A DNA stretch of 64,000 bases from the human T2T-CHM13v2.0 reference genome, Homo sapiens, in NCBI RefSeq assembly GCF_009914755.1, contig NC_060928.1. The stretch is one strand, 5' to 3'. The number at the start of each line of letters is the position of its first letter. Position 1 is the first letter of the stretch. Under the pieces are notes generated by a model that ran no database searches, was not told the DNA's origin, and saw only the letters and a program-made list of their open reading frames with translations. Below are positions 1 to 51,430 of this stretch, piece after piece. A program made the translations under genes and the position numbers.

Positions 1-182
1 AATCAGAGGGTAGGAAATAAAGTTGTTGAGAAAAGAAGAGAGAAGAACTCAATACACTTGAGGGTACCCTTTTGTGAAACATGCCTTGAGGAAACAGAAT
101 AGCCTATATGGATTTGTACTTATATTTTTCAAAAATTATCTCTAAGCATCTATATTAGTCAATGCTCTCCAGAAAAACAGAT

Positions 183-717
183 GATGACTCCAGCCTCCTT
201 GAGTTTCAGTCTGGGAAAGCTCAAAGTTGCCAAAAGAATCTGTTTGTTCCAGCCAACACCTTATTTTGGTGCTAATATTTTACAGTTCTTCTCTAATGCT
301 GACTAATCTCCCTTTTTAATCAAAAGAAATCCAACTCTAAATGAATCACATTTTTTATTCATTATGCTGATACTGTTAGTTTTTAACAGGTTATTATGTT
401 GTTTCGATTTATATTAATCATACAAAGTTTTCTATTTAAAAATTCATTTACATATAAAAGGTAAGTTAATTTAAAAAATATTAAGTATATAAGAGAAATA
501 GGAAGATTGACAAAATACTTTTCCTGACTAACTATAGCCAGGTTCCTCTGAGCCCATTTACTGGCAAAGTCTCCACCTTGGGCTATAAAAACTACAGACT
601 CTCAGCACAACTGATTTCATCCACATCCTCCCCCCTCCCACCCATACACACATATCAAAAGACTTGAACAAACACTAATATAGTTTCTAACAGCTCAAGG
701 TTGCATTCTTAAGATGA
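183..717 (+). repeat. Diverged, circularly permuted copy of ~3178..3693
   Basis: 262-717 aligns to ~3178-3625 and 183-261 aligns to 3621-3693. Confidence 0.85.
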
Positions 718-820
718 AATTTGGAGTTATCCTGGCCTTCTCTCTCTCTCTACATCAAATTAATTTTGTTAATTTTGTCTCCAAAATGCCACTAATCATC
801 TCTTCATTCTCTGCCACTGA

Positions 821-1156
<336 letters not shown>

Positions 1157-1771
1157 TGTCTTACCTAGATTATTAAAATAAAAAACTCTCTTTCCCTTTC
1201 ATTCTCATCACCTCATTTGATTTCTTTTCATTTTACACATCGTTAGAGAAAGCCCCCTAGAGCAAAAAATTCTGTTATTTCCTTCCTTACGATGGTTTCT
1301 GCATAGATTAATGGTGAAATGCTAACTAGTACGTCCCTGTTCAAAGCCCTTCACAAAGTGATACAAACTCTTCTTTCTATGATTCCTCCTCTACCCTATA
1401 CACTTTCTATTTTGTGATATGAAAATATTTCTAAAGATCAAATTTTTATGCTCAAAATTTGAAAAAATATAAAAGTCTAAAAAACTTAGAATAATTTAAA
1501 AATGGGCCTCAAAAGTGAATTGAAAGATGTATTTTATACTGTAGACACATGGTGGCACCATTTTAGCAGCCTAGCAGCAATACTAGAGAACCTTTGTTAA
1601 TATTGTGTGATTATGCTCTAAAATTGTGCAAGCGCTTTAAATGGCTAATGTGATACTACTTTAATCATTTATTAATGGTATTTTTAGTGCTAGAAATGCT
1701 CCACAATATCAATAACTTTGAAACAGAATTTAGAGGTGATAGTTATTTATACATTGTTTTTATTACTCTTT

Positions 1772-2152
1772 TGTTATGGGCTGAATTGTGTCAACACTTC
1801 CATGTTTATATGTTGATGTTCAAACCCCCAATATCTCAGAATGAGACTGTATTTAGAGATAGGGTCTTTAATGAAATAATTAATTTAAAATTATTAGGAT
1901 TGGCCCAAATCAAATATGACTAGAGTCTTGATAAGAAAATTAGGACACAGACATGTATAGAGAGAAGACCCTGTAAGAACGCAGAAGGTACTGATCTGCA
2001 AGCCAAACAGAGAGGTCTCAGAAGAAACCAGCTGTGCTGATACATTGATCTCAAACTCTTAGCCTCCAGAATTGTGAGAAAATAAATATCTATTGTTTAA
2101 GCCACCAAGTCAGTCTGTGGTATTTTGTTATGAAAGCCCTAGCAAACTCATA
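1772..2152 (+). mobile_element. MaLR solo LTR (MLT1A/B-like)
   Basis: tgttatgggctgaattgtgtc start; cctccagaattgtgagaaaataaat; gtattttgttatg...gcaaact end. Confidence 0.8.
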
Positions 2153-3034
2153 TTCCTTTCGGTATATTTACAAATATAGAAACCATACAATAGTTGTGGA
2201 TTAATGTACTATATGAGTGCAATCTCCATATTATATATTTATTTTTACAGAAAAACTGAGTCTTGATTTATGAGTTTGTAAATTATTTAAGCTCTTCAGA
2301 AGTCCTCGCCTCAAATAAAATGCTACTGTCCTGAATGTTGGCCCTGTTCTCTACTGACTATTAACCCAATTTATTGTGTGTTTTTCCGCATTTGTATCCT
2401 TGCTCAGCTGAGCCGAGTTTACTGGAGTGGTTAAGGGTGCAGGCTCTACAGCTGGACTGTGTGGACTCACAGCCCTAGTTCATCACTAACTGTGACTCTA
2501 GACAGTTATTTAAAAAACGTTGGCCACATTTTTCTTGGAAATCTATGAAACAGAGATAATAAGAGTGCCAGCAATAGAGGGCTCTGTGATCGAATGAATT
2601 GATACAAAGTATGTAGAATAGTACTGGGAACTGAGAAAATGTGTTATGCTGTTGATTATTCCTCTGCTTAAGTTCCATTTATTTCCTTGGATAAAAACAA
2701 AAAACTGCCTATCCTTCGAAGCACATGAAAGATACCTCCTCTTTGAAGTTCAGTCACTATACCTCCTGCTTCTTCTCAAGTTGAATAATAAAGAAACTTG
2801 TGCAAAGATATTGCAAGAGATGAGCTTTAGTTTCCAAAAATTTGGATTCAAATTTTTTTTTGCATTTATCTATCATGTAATTTATCTATCATGTAATTTT
2901 AGACATTTTGCTTAATTTGTTTGAGTTTCCACAGCTAGTATATAACCTGACACAGTGGAGCTCAGTATTTTTCTAACAAATATGTTTTTCCATTTGTAGG
3001 TTGGGAAACATAATGTCAGCCTTATAAGATACTG

Positions 3035-4069
3035 CAGTTTTCTAAAGTGTGGGACAAATTCCTGTGGAGGCACCAAGATAGATACAGACATGGTATCAAG
3101 GATACTGTGTTATTCAGATAAAGTTTTTCTTTCAACCCTATTTAAATGCTTCTTGCTAGGTCAAAGAGAAAAATCTCAGTTTGAGGCTAATATTTTTAAA
3201 TTCTTTTCTAATATCTGCTAATCTCCCTTTTGTAATCCAGACAGACCAAACCTACAATTGAATCACATTTTTTATTCACTACAGTTATATTTACTGTTAC
3301 TCTTATGACAGCTCATCATGCTTTCTCCATTAATGGTATCTACGTTTTCTTTTAAAAAGAATTCATTTACATATAAAGGTAAGTTAAAGAAAAATATAAA
3401 GTACATAATATCGGTATGAGGATTGACAAAGATTCTTGACCAAACTCTAGCCTGACTCTTCTAAGCCCTCTTATCAGCAAAGCCTCAAACTTGCCTATAA
3501 AAACTACAGACCCTCAGCACAAATGATTTCATCCACATCCTTCCCCTACCGGTTTGCCCACACATTAAAAGACTTGAACAAACTCATATAGTTTATAACA
3601 GCTCAAGGCTGCATCTCTAAGATGAAGCCCCCTTAAATTTCTTTCTGAGAAAGCTCAAGACTGACAAAATAATTTATTTGTTCCAGCCAACATGTGAAAG
3701 TAGCACTCATTTCCTAGTGTCTGCGGGAAGGGTAGGAGCCTTATTTCCATAAGCAACAGTTTACAACCCAGATGGATTTCAAATGGACCATTCTTCCGCC
3801 ATTGTTTTTTGTAAATTTCCGTTTCCCTGACTTTGATCAAGCCCAGTTGTTCTCTTTCCCTACTCCCGCATTCTCCTTTTAAAATACAGTCGCCTCTGGA
3901 CAAATTGTAGTTTAGTTCATTCTGGATCTTATTCCCGATTGCATTAGTATATCACTATAATAAAAATCTGTCTTCACCACTTTAACTGGTGTCTGCCTTT
4001 ATCTTTGACAGGATATGGTGAAAATTAATGAGGGTAATTGTGCAAATTATGGAAGTCTGGGCAACATTG
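3035..4069. mobile_element. hAT-Charlie-like DNA transposon fossil interrupted by an LTR
   Basis: Degenerate termini cagttttctaaagtgtg ... aagtctgggcaacattg. Confidence 0.5.
3424..4010 (+). mobile_element. ERV1 solo LTR (MER65-like)
   Basis: TG...CA ends (tgacaaagattc ... ttatctttgaca); 4-bp TSD GGAT (3420-3423, 4011-4014); internal AATAAA near 3959. Confidence 0.8.
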
Positions 4070-4182
4070 AATATAAATTATTGTGTTTACTTCAAGATAG
4101 TTGTTAAATTCATTCTCTTACAAGTGTGACAGAATTAGTCGTCTATCAAGTACTGTTTTAATTCATAAAAGTTCCAAGAAAG

Positions 4183-4478
4183 GGCCAGGCGCGGTGGCTC
4201 ACGCCTGTAATCGCAACACTTTGGGAGGCCGAGGTGGGCAGATCACGAGGTCAGGAGTTCGAGATCAGCGTGACCAACATGGTGAAACCCCGTCTCTACT
4301 AAAAATACAAAAATTAGCCATGATTGCTGGCGCGCGCCTGTAATCCCAGCTACTCAGGAGACTGAGGCAGGAGAATCGCTTGAGCCCAGGAGGCGGAGGT
4401 TGCAGTGAGCCGAGATAGCGCTACTGTACTCCAGCCTGGGCGACAGAGCGAGACACCATCTCAGGCGGGAAAAAAAAA
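4183..4478 (+). mobile_element. AluS
   Basis: Full dimer, A tail, flanking direct repeat tccaagaaag. Confidence 0.92.
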
Positions 4479-5493
4479 TCCAAGAAAGAACTGAGTCTGG
4501 TACAGAATTCTTGATCCTAAGAAATCCTCCAAATGAAGAAACTTTCAAAGGCTCTGGAAACAATACGAATGATTCTGTCTTCAGTCACAATGATGAACTG
4601 AACACAGCTGTCATCTCCCTCCTTCGCACCAAATTCTGGATATTCCAGAAAAGCGCAAGAGAAATAGTGGGAGACAAACACTGGATGCAATCCTCCTATC
4701 ACCTGTTTTATCCCCCATTCTTACTTCGTCAGAGCTCATTCCATGAAGTGGTAACTTGATGACGATGGAAACATTGGGGGTCCAGCATGGAACTTTTTCC
4801 CACCTTTACTTCTTGCCAAAACCTTCCTGGATTCAGTATTGCAATCAATGTTATGGCCCGTTTCCTTTCAGATGCACTTCAAGATTAGCTCTGTCACTGA
4901 CAACATGGGGAATACATTTCGACCTCCAGATTTTAAAAGTGCCATTATTATTTTGCCATTAGGTAGAAGGCTAAGTCTCAACGTTGTGCTAATAATAGCA
5001 TCTTTAAGTCCCTGGACTAAGACCTCGGCTCCTGGTTCGGGAATCAGACTGCCTGGGCGGCACTCCAGGCTCCACAGCTCCCCACCTGTGAGCTCCTGGG
5101 CAAGTCACTCGGTCCGGATTTCCAGAGGTAGTTTGGGGGAACTGACAGTACACACACCACAGGGCAGTAGTAAGAAAGAGACAATGCAAAGGAATTGGCA
5201 CAGCACTCAGCAGACAATATAAGCTAATATGTACTCTGTCTACACCCTGCGTTTTAGGGAGTCAATCGAAAGCCTCCACTCACGTGACCACTCCACTACC
5301 CGGCGCCAAGACGCGCTGATGTCACGACAGCGTGCGGCGTGCAGACGTCGGCAAGCTGCGCCGCCGCTTCGGGTTGCTTCCGGATCTGGTACTTGGGCAG
5401 AGCTCCCCGGGGTTCATTGTCTTCGCTTCACAGGATCTGTTTGAGTCCTGTCCACCGGATCCTACGGGGGGTACCTTCGAAAAAAAACGGGCT

Positions 5494-5526
5494 ATGCTGC
5501 TGTTGCGTGTGGGTACCCTCTCCTGA
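5494..5526 (+). other. Upstream ORF in GUF1 5' UTR (MLLLRVGTLS*)
   Basis: gctATGc at 5494, TGA at 5524-5526, 19 nt before the main ATG; requires the TSS to lie upstream of 5494. Confidence 0.6.
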
Positions 5527-5545
5527 CGCCTCCGCCGCCCGGGTC

Positions 5546-25602
<20,057 letters not shown>

Positions 25603-25734
25603 TTGGTGGGAAAACAAAGAATTTTCATTGCAATTTGTAATATGCTGACAACAGAAAGAAAATTATAAAATTTGCTTGTTACTTTCAGGGTATTCAGGTT
25701 CAAATAACCTACTAGTCTTTCGTTGAAAGGGAGT

Positions 25735-25960
25735 AGTTAGTGGGTAGGCAAGAGCTTAGATTTTGAAGCCATGTTGCCTGTTCTCAAATATCTGTTCCAA
25801 CCACTCACTAGTAAGGTGACCGTGGCCAGATTAACCTTTGTTTCCTCTTCAGTAAAATCGAGATTATACTACTACCTACATAAGTTGTTGTTGTGAAGAT
25901 TAAATGAGGTAATACGTTAAATATTCAGAGGTGCAAGACACATAGTAAGCACTCAATTGT
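25735..25960. mobile_element. MIR-like fragment in GUF1 3' UTR
   Basis: tttcctcttcagtaaaatcgagatt, gttgtgaagattaaatgag, catagtaagcactcaa. Confidence 0.65.
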
Positions 25961-26109
25961 AACTACAGTTAAGTCCTTAAATGCCATCGAAAGGTTCTTA
26001 GAAACTGACTTTAAGCAAAATGACACGTAGCACAATGTTCTTGAATGATGTCATTTCCTTAAGTGGTTTGTAACATCGATGAGGAAAAAAAATTGGTTTA
26101 TGCGTCATT

Positions 26110-26400
26110 TCATTTTATTTTTATTTATTTTTTGAGACAGAGTCTTGCCCTGTCGCCCATGCTGGAGTGCAATGGCACAATCTCGACTCACTGCAACCTC
26201 TGCCTCCTGGGTTCAAGAGATTCTCCTGCCTCAGCCTCCATTACAGGCGTGCACCACCATGCTCGGCTAATTTTTTGTATCTTTAGTAGAGTCGGGGTTT
26301 CACCATGTTGGCCAGGCTGGTCTTGAACTCCTGACCTCGTGATCCACCCACCGTGGCCTCCCAAAGTGCTGATTACAGGTGTGAGCCACCATGCCCAGCC
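26110..26400 (-). mobile_element. AluS with small internal deletion in the GUF1 3' region
   Basis: Antisense Alu; flanking repeat gtcatttcattt. Confidence 0.92.
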
Positions 26401-27070
26401 ATGTCATTTCATTTAAAGTCACAATTTCCATGAATCTCAACAAGTGAGGACCTGCTATATTTTGTTGCATGCAGTTTTTCTTTACGGACACTAAAAGGCC
26501 CCATACTTAAGATTCCATCTACTTTAAGTTTAAAGGATTTTCAGAATCACCTTAAGTGTCAAATTTGTTAGCAGGATTAATTGATATGAATTCACTTATT
26601 AAACAGTAAACTCAAATAACATAGACATCAAATAACAGACATCTGCTCTAGTTAATGATAAAATGTTTATAGATTTTATCAGGTGGTTAGTTTGAAACTA
26701 AATGGTTTACATCTAAATTAAGGGCAGGAGCTGTCTTTCAGACATTCAAAACGCATTTGTGTAAAATGACAGGTGTTTGGTATTACCAGGAACTCATAAT
26801 GACATTTTAATAATTATTGTCTAAATTTCATAATCGAAGCGATTTTAGAGTAGTTAACTTGAGATTTCACAGCCAGTAAATGGCTGTATTTCTCCAGAGC
26901 TCTCAGCTCCCATGTTTATTCAGCCAACGAACAAACCAGACTGCAGACTGTATTAGAGCAAGACAACATCATTTAGCCATTGATTTTTATCTTCTACCTT
27001 GAATGAATTGAATGAAGAAAATGTCTTTTAGGGATAAACACTATCAAGGATGAATTTTATACTAAGGTTA

Positions 27071-27634
27071 TATGAAAGAAAAATCTCAAAACCACTAAGC
27101 CAAAGGGAAGTCAAGCTGGGAACTGATTGAGGCAAACCTGCCTCCCATTTTATTCCTAAATAAGACAGCCACAAAGATAAAATTTGCTCACAAGGGAATT
27201 CCTTATGGACAAAGAACTCAAAGTCTTCACATGAAACAAATGCATAAATGATTGCTTTCTCTGTTTCATGTTTCACTAAGCCAGATTAAGGTATAACTGA
27301 CTATTCCTCTACTCTCCTCTCACATGTAAATTGTATATTCAGTGAAAGGCTAATCAGAAACTCAAAAAAATGCAACCCTTTCTCTCTTACCTGCCTATGC
27401 TTGAAGCCCCCGCCCCTCTTCAAGTTGTCCTGCCTTTCAAGACCAATGTACACCTTACACATACTGATTGATGTCTCATGTCTCTCTAAAATGTGTAAAA
27501 CCAAGCTGTGCCCCAACCACCTTGGGCACATGTGGTGAGGACCTCCTGAGGCTGTGTCATGGGCACACCTTAACCCTGGGAAAATAAACTTTCTAAACTG
27601 ACTTGAGAGCTGTCTCAGATATTCTGAGCTTACA
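27071..27634 (+). mobile_element. ERV1 solo LTR (MER4A-like) in the GUF1 3' region
   Basis: cactaagccaaagggaagtcaagctgggaactg near start; aaaataaactttctaaa...tgtctcaga...ttaca end; 4-bp TSD GTTA (27067-27070, 27635-27638). Confidence 0.8.
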
Positions 27635-27829
27635 GTTATTGTGAAATCATTTTAATTATAAATTAAGTGGAGATTTACTTAAAATCATGTGTAGAAGTAG
27701 CCTGTGATATAGTCCTAGATACATACATTATCATCTTATGTATCTTCCCTCCCTCTTCCAGGTTCTGATAAAAACAGATGAAATCTGAAAGACCATGACA
27801 GTAGTATTTTGAAAATGACAGTATTTGAA

Positions 27830-27835
27830 ATTAAA
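27830..27835 (+). terminator. Candidate GUF1 distal poly(A) signal (ATTAAA)
   Basis: ATTAAA followed by GT-rich gtgttctgttct; alternative AATAAA at 27583-27588. Confidence 0.45.
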
Positions 27836-28790
27836 AAATTGTAAAAGTGTTCTGTTCTATCACTGCCAAAGGATAAGTTACAAATTGGTTCTTGGAACGT
27901 AATATGTACTATGTGCTTGCTATTTAATAATTTACCAGTCTTAGTCTTTTTTATTCAGACTAATTTTACCTTTTTTTAACCTATGACTCTTTAGTTATAG
28001 TAGTACAAAAAAGTAGTTTTAGTTATAGTTTTAGTTGTAGTACAAAAAAGCATTTTCTGTAAGCTTAATTTCTTTCCCCTTCCCGCTTTCCCAGTCAGAT
28101 GACTTTAGTGATTTGGAGTTGTGTGCTTTATAAGTGCATTCCTCAGAGGACTTAATATTACTAAGATTTTAGCAAACACTGAAATATGTTTAAACACTGT
28201 TATCAATATTAAAATAGCACCGTTTATTGACTTTAATATGTGACAACCACTGTGCTGAGCTATGTATGCTTCCCTTATTCAATCTATGTAAAAATTTTGG
28301 GGAAGTAGCTGAGACTTTTTTATTTCCCTGACAGAGCTGGGATTCAGTGGTTGGTTTCTTGAAAAAGCTAGGTTCTTTGCCTAACAGCAGCTTAGCTCCT
28401 CAATTTAGGGAATGAAAGCAGGAATGAAAATGGCCAGAGTTTTCGCTCCTCAGCTTGTGGAGGAGCTTGAGTACATGAACCTCAACTAAGCCCCTAACAT
28501 CAAGGGAAGGAAAATGGAAAGGAGAATTTTTAGACCTTTAAAGCAGAGAAATTACTGGTGAATCATGTAGCACAACAGGTACCTTTAGCTTTTTCACTGT
28601 GATGCTGTATGACTTTCTAAGGTAGTCAGCATAGTTTGTAGTAAATGATTCTTATTACTGGAAGTGTAAGTGGAGTGTTACTCACTAGTTATTTAAAAAA
28701 CATTTATAAGGCTATTAAAACATCATCTGGAATTAAAGCAGCATAATTTACCCCATCCCCCACTTTTAACCATAAAACCCTATTACCAAT

Positions 28791-29096
28791 TTTATTTCAT
28801 TAATTTATTTGCTATTTTAATATTTTAAGAAACTACATTTTAATCACATAGACAAGCAGATAAGTAAGGCTTCTTCTACCAGGTGGGCTTATGAAATGCA
28901 AAATAAGCAAAAGGAGCATTTTTTTGCTCCCCACAGAGGCAAAGACATCTTTTAACCTAACTCTCCTAATGCATGATGGTAACAAACCCAAAATGAATGC
29001 AGGTTCACATGTACTATAATTGTTGGGAGTCGAATGCATGTATTCTTCAGGTTCACTTCTGGAAATTTAGATAACTTATTTATTACACGCTTTATT
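28791..29096 (-). terminator. Candidate GNPDA2 poly(A) signals
   Basis: AATAAA on - strand (TTTATT on +) at 29091-29096, 29079-29084, 28804-28809, 28791-28796. Confidence 0.45.
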
Positions 29097-30001
29097 TGAG
29101 TTAAAGATAAAAAACAATATACTTTTATGTAAATTGCTATGGCAATGTAGTTTACAGTAATTCCTTTTATATATACTTCGTATTATTCTTTTAGACATTT
29201 TATAAGGAATAAAGCTAATTGTATATTAAGTTTAACAATAATCAGAAAATATTCTCCAAAAGAATTTCCTGAAGTGGCTTGCTAGGTATAAAGCTCATAA
29301 TTGTCAAGATACTTATATTAGGGACATGAACCCAAGTCGTTAAATAAAAATAAGATATTTGTAAAAAAGTGCTATAGAAGAAGGTGCACAAAAAACATGC
29401 ACTTACACATACTTTCCAAAAGGATGTAAACTGTACTTTTAGGCACTGTCATCTCTTCAAATTTCCTTTACCAATGATATATAGCACAATTTTTGATGTC
29501 TAGATGGTGCTGTAGGAAGATGACTAAGGCAACCACGTGCAGAAAAGCATGTGTGTGATGCACAGAAAATATAAAGATTGCATTCCAAAAGTGAAGGTCT
29601 GCAATGATAGTTTGTTATCTGAAAGGTTTGGAGTGTCTTGTCATTAAAAAATGAAATATATGCCACTGGAGTCATATCACAAATGGTGCCTGATGTGGAC
29701 ACTCTACCTTTAAAATGACTTTTTAAACAGGCAGACATTTCTATGCTGTTTTATAGGTGGCTATGTGACTTCAGTACTTTATAATAAATAGCCAGTCAAT
29801 CTTGAGAGCCAGCTACTTCTCTTAAACCCAAGTACAAGATATAAATATTCAAAATATGGAATGTTTAACATAGAGACTCGAATGAAAAAATGACAATCTT
29901 CAAAATTCCCCATGTTTTGTCATATTGCATAGCTGAAAATTCATCTACTACTTAGTAAAAAGTGCTCTGTTCATTCAAGCTGAATTTTGCTCCAGTCTCC
30001 T

Positions 30002-49128
<19,127 letters not shown>

Positions 49129-49399
49129 TACGGTGACGCACAGCTTCCAGAACAAGTTCAAACCTGAGAAAAGTCCATTGTAGAACACTTTACATAATAA
49201 ACAGATAATTTAAATTCAGTAACTTTTTAAAAGATGTAAATAATAAATAGAGCACTGAAACAGAATATACTGATGATTTTTAAAAGTACATTACTGAAGA
49301 AGGACATGCACATATACAATCTGAATTTAAAAAATAGTAATAGCTGTTCTCTTTTGAGCAGACACTGAGTTTAAGGCAGTGGGCTAGGTCATTTAAGTA

Positions 49400-49728
49400 T
49401 AGTTAGCCTTCTGTGGATTCCATATTCGAGGATTCAACCAACCAAGAACTGAAAATATTTAGGGGAAAAGGATGTTTGCATCTGTATTAAACAGGTACAG
49501 ACTTTTTTTTGTCATTATTCCCTAAACAATACAGTATAACAACTATTTACACAGTATTTACATTGTATTAGGTATTATAAGTAATCTAGAGATAAAGTAT
49601 ATGGGAGTATGGGTGCAGGTGATATGCAAGTACTATGTCATACAATATGAGGGACTTAAGCATCTGTGGATTTTGGTATCTGAAGGGGGATCCTAGAATC
49701 AATCCCCAACAGATACTAGGGACAAGTG
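49400..49728. mobile_element. Tigger4/MER46-like TcMar MITE
   Basis: ggattcaaccaacc...aaaatattt, gggacttaagcatctgtggattttggtatc; flanked by TA. Confidence 0.75.
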
Positions 49729-50164
49729 TACATATTTTAATCCTTACAACCATCTTGTGAAGTAAATAAAATGCCCAGTTATAGATGAGGAAATGGACTC
49801 ACATAATTTGACTAAGGTCACACAGGTAGTAAGCAACAAGGTCAGAATTCAAATTATAACAATAGGATCACACTAGACATGTTATTTTTAATAAGAGAAT
49901 TCAACAGAAGAAAAAGAAAACAAAGTGAACTAAATAAACTGCTCATCTCTGGAGGAGAAATTTCTTGACAAAAAGCAATTTTAGTTCCTCAAAAATTATT
50001 CTAAAATTAAGAAAAATTATTATACGTATATTAAGAGATCGGAGTCACTTAAAAGCTACATAATTCCATTTTACACAATGTAGGTTGACTTATACCATGA
50101 AAGATGTGGAAATCAGCATTCTTACAGTAACTCACAGCTTCTGTTATCTGTAAGACATATTGTT

Positions 50165-51430
50165 TTCCTTTTTTTTAAAAAAATGGTATAAATTTAAGGG
50201 GTACAAATGCAATTTTGTTACATGGATATATTATTTACTGACTAGGTCTGGGGTTTTGGTGTATCTATCACCTGAATAATGTACAATGATCCTAGCAATT
50301 TCTCATCATCTACCCACTCCTACTCCCCAACCCTTCTAAGCCTCTAATATCAGTCTACTTTCCATCACCACGTGTACACATTATTTAACTCCCACTTGTA
50401 AGTGAGAACATGTGGTATTTTTCTTTCTATTTGGGAGTTGTTTCACTTAAGATGATGGCCTCCAGTTACTGCAAAGGACATGATTTCATTTTCAATGGCT
50501 GAATTTCGCGGTGTATATATATACCACATTTTCTTTATCCAATCATTCACTGATGGACACTCAGGTTGATTTCTTATCTTTGCTACTGTTGTTATTGGAA
50601 GGAAGGTCATGAGTGTGAGGTGTCCAGTTCCTTGGCATTTTGAACAAAGAACTGCACAAAAGGAACGAAACACAGGAATGAAGCAGCGAAAGCAGGGATA
50701 CTGAAGCAAGAAAGCACCCCATGGGGTGGGAGTGGGCCCAAGCAAGCGGCTCAAGGGTCCGGTTACAAAGTTTTCTGGGTTTTAATACTCCTTTTGAGGT
50801 CCCTTATCGGTTACCCCTTATCTGCATGAAGGATTTGGTCCGTGGCTAATTAAAGGCTGAGGTGAATTGGCTCCCTATGCAGATGAAGGGATGGCCCATG
50901 CTTAGTCCACGGACAATCCAAGGCACTTTCCCCTTCCATCTGAGAGGTGGTGGAAGGCAGTCGATCGTAGGGAGAGTAGCCTTTGGTCCTTTGCTACTTG
51001 GGCATGGGGAGATGGGTTTTTTCCTTTTGGTCTAGCTTTAGGAAGTTTGCGTTAATTGGTTAACTGGCTTTAGGTTACCTGCCCCCAGACGCAGGTGTTT
51101 TCTCTTTTAGGAAGTCAGCACAAATTGGCCTTAGATTTCCTGCCCCCAGACCTTGGTGTTTTCCTTTGATTTAGCTTTAGGAAGTCAGCACGAATTGGCC
51201 TTAAGTCCTCTGCCTCCAGACCCTATTCTACTGCCTCACTGTGAATAGTGCTGAGATAAAAATGAATGCGGGTATCTTTTTGATATAATGAATTATTTTC
51301 CTTCGGGTAGATACCCAGTAGTGAGATTGCCTGATCAAATGGTAGTTCTATTTTCAGTTCTTTGAGAAATCTTCATACTTTTTTCTACAGAAGTTGAACT
51401 GACATTACCATCAATAGTTTATAAACGTCC
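50165..51430 (-). mobile_element. L1 3' end (L1PB/L1MA-like) split by an LTR
   Basis: cccacttgtaagtgagaacatg, ataccacattttctttatcca; rejoins across the LTR as ttgcta-ctgt-gaatagtgctg. Confidence 0.85.
50590..51238 (-). mobile_element. ERV1 solo LTR (MER61-like) with ~3 internal tandem units (~51020-51223)
   Basis: Minus strand begins tgaggcagtagaatagggtctggaggcag and ends ...aaca; 4-bp TSD CTGT (50586-50589, 51239-51242). Confidence 0.8.

Noticed and set aside
50990-51010. Possible p53 element in the MER61-like LTR
   Set aside because: Only an imperfect half-site (gggcatgggg); no paired RRRCWWGYYY seen.
51020-51223. Spaced direct repeats superficially like a CRISPR array
   Set aside because: Eukaryotic DNA; the units are degenerate internal tandem repeats of an LTR with no unique spacers and no cas genes.
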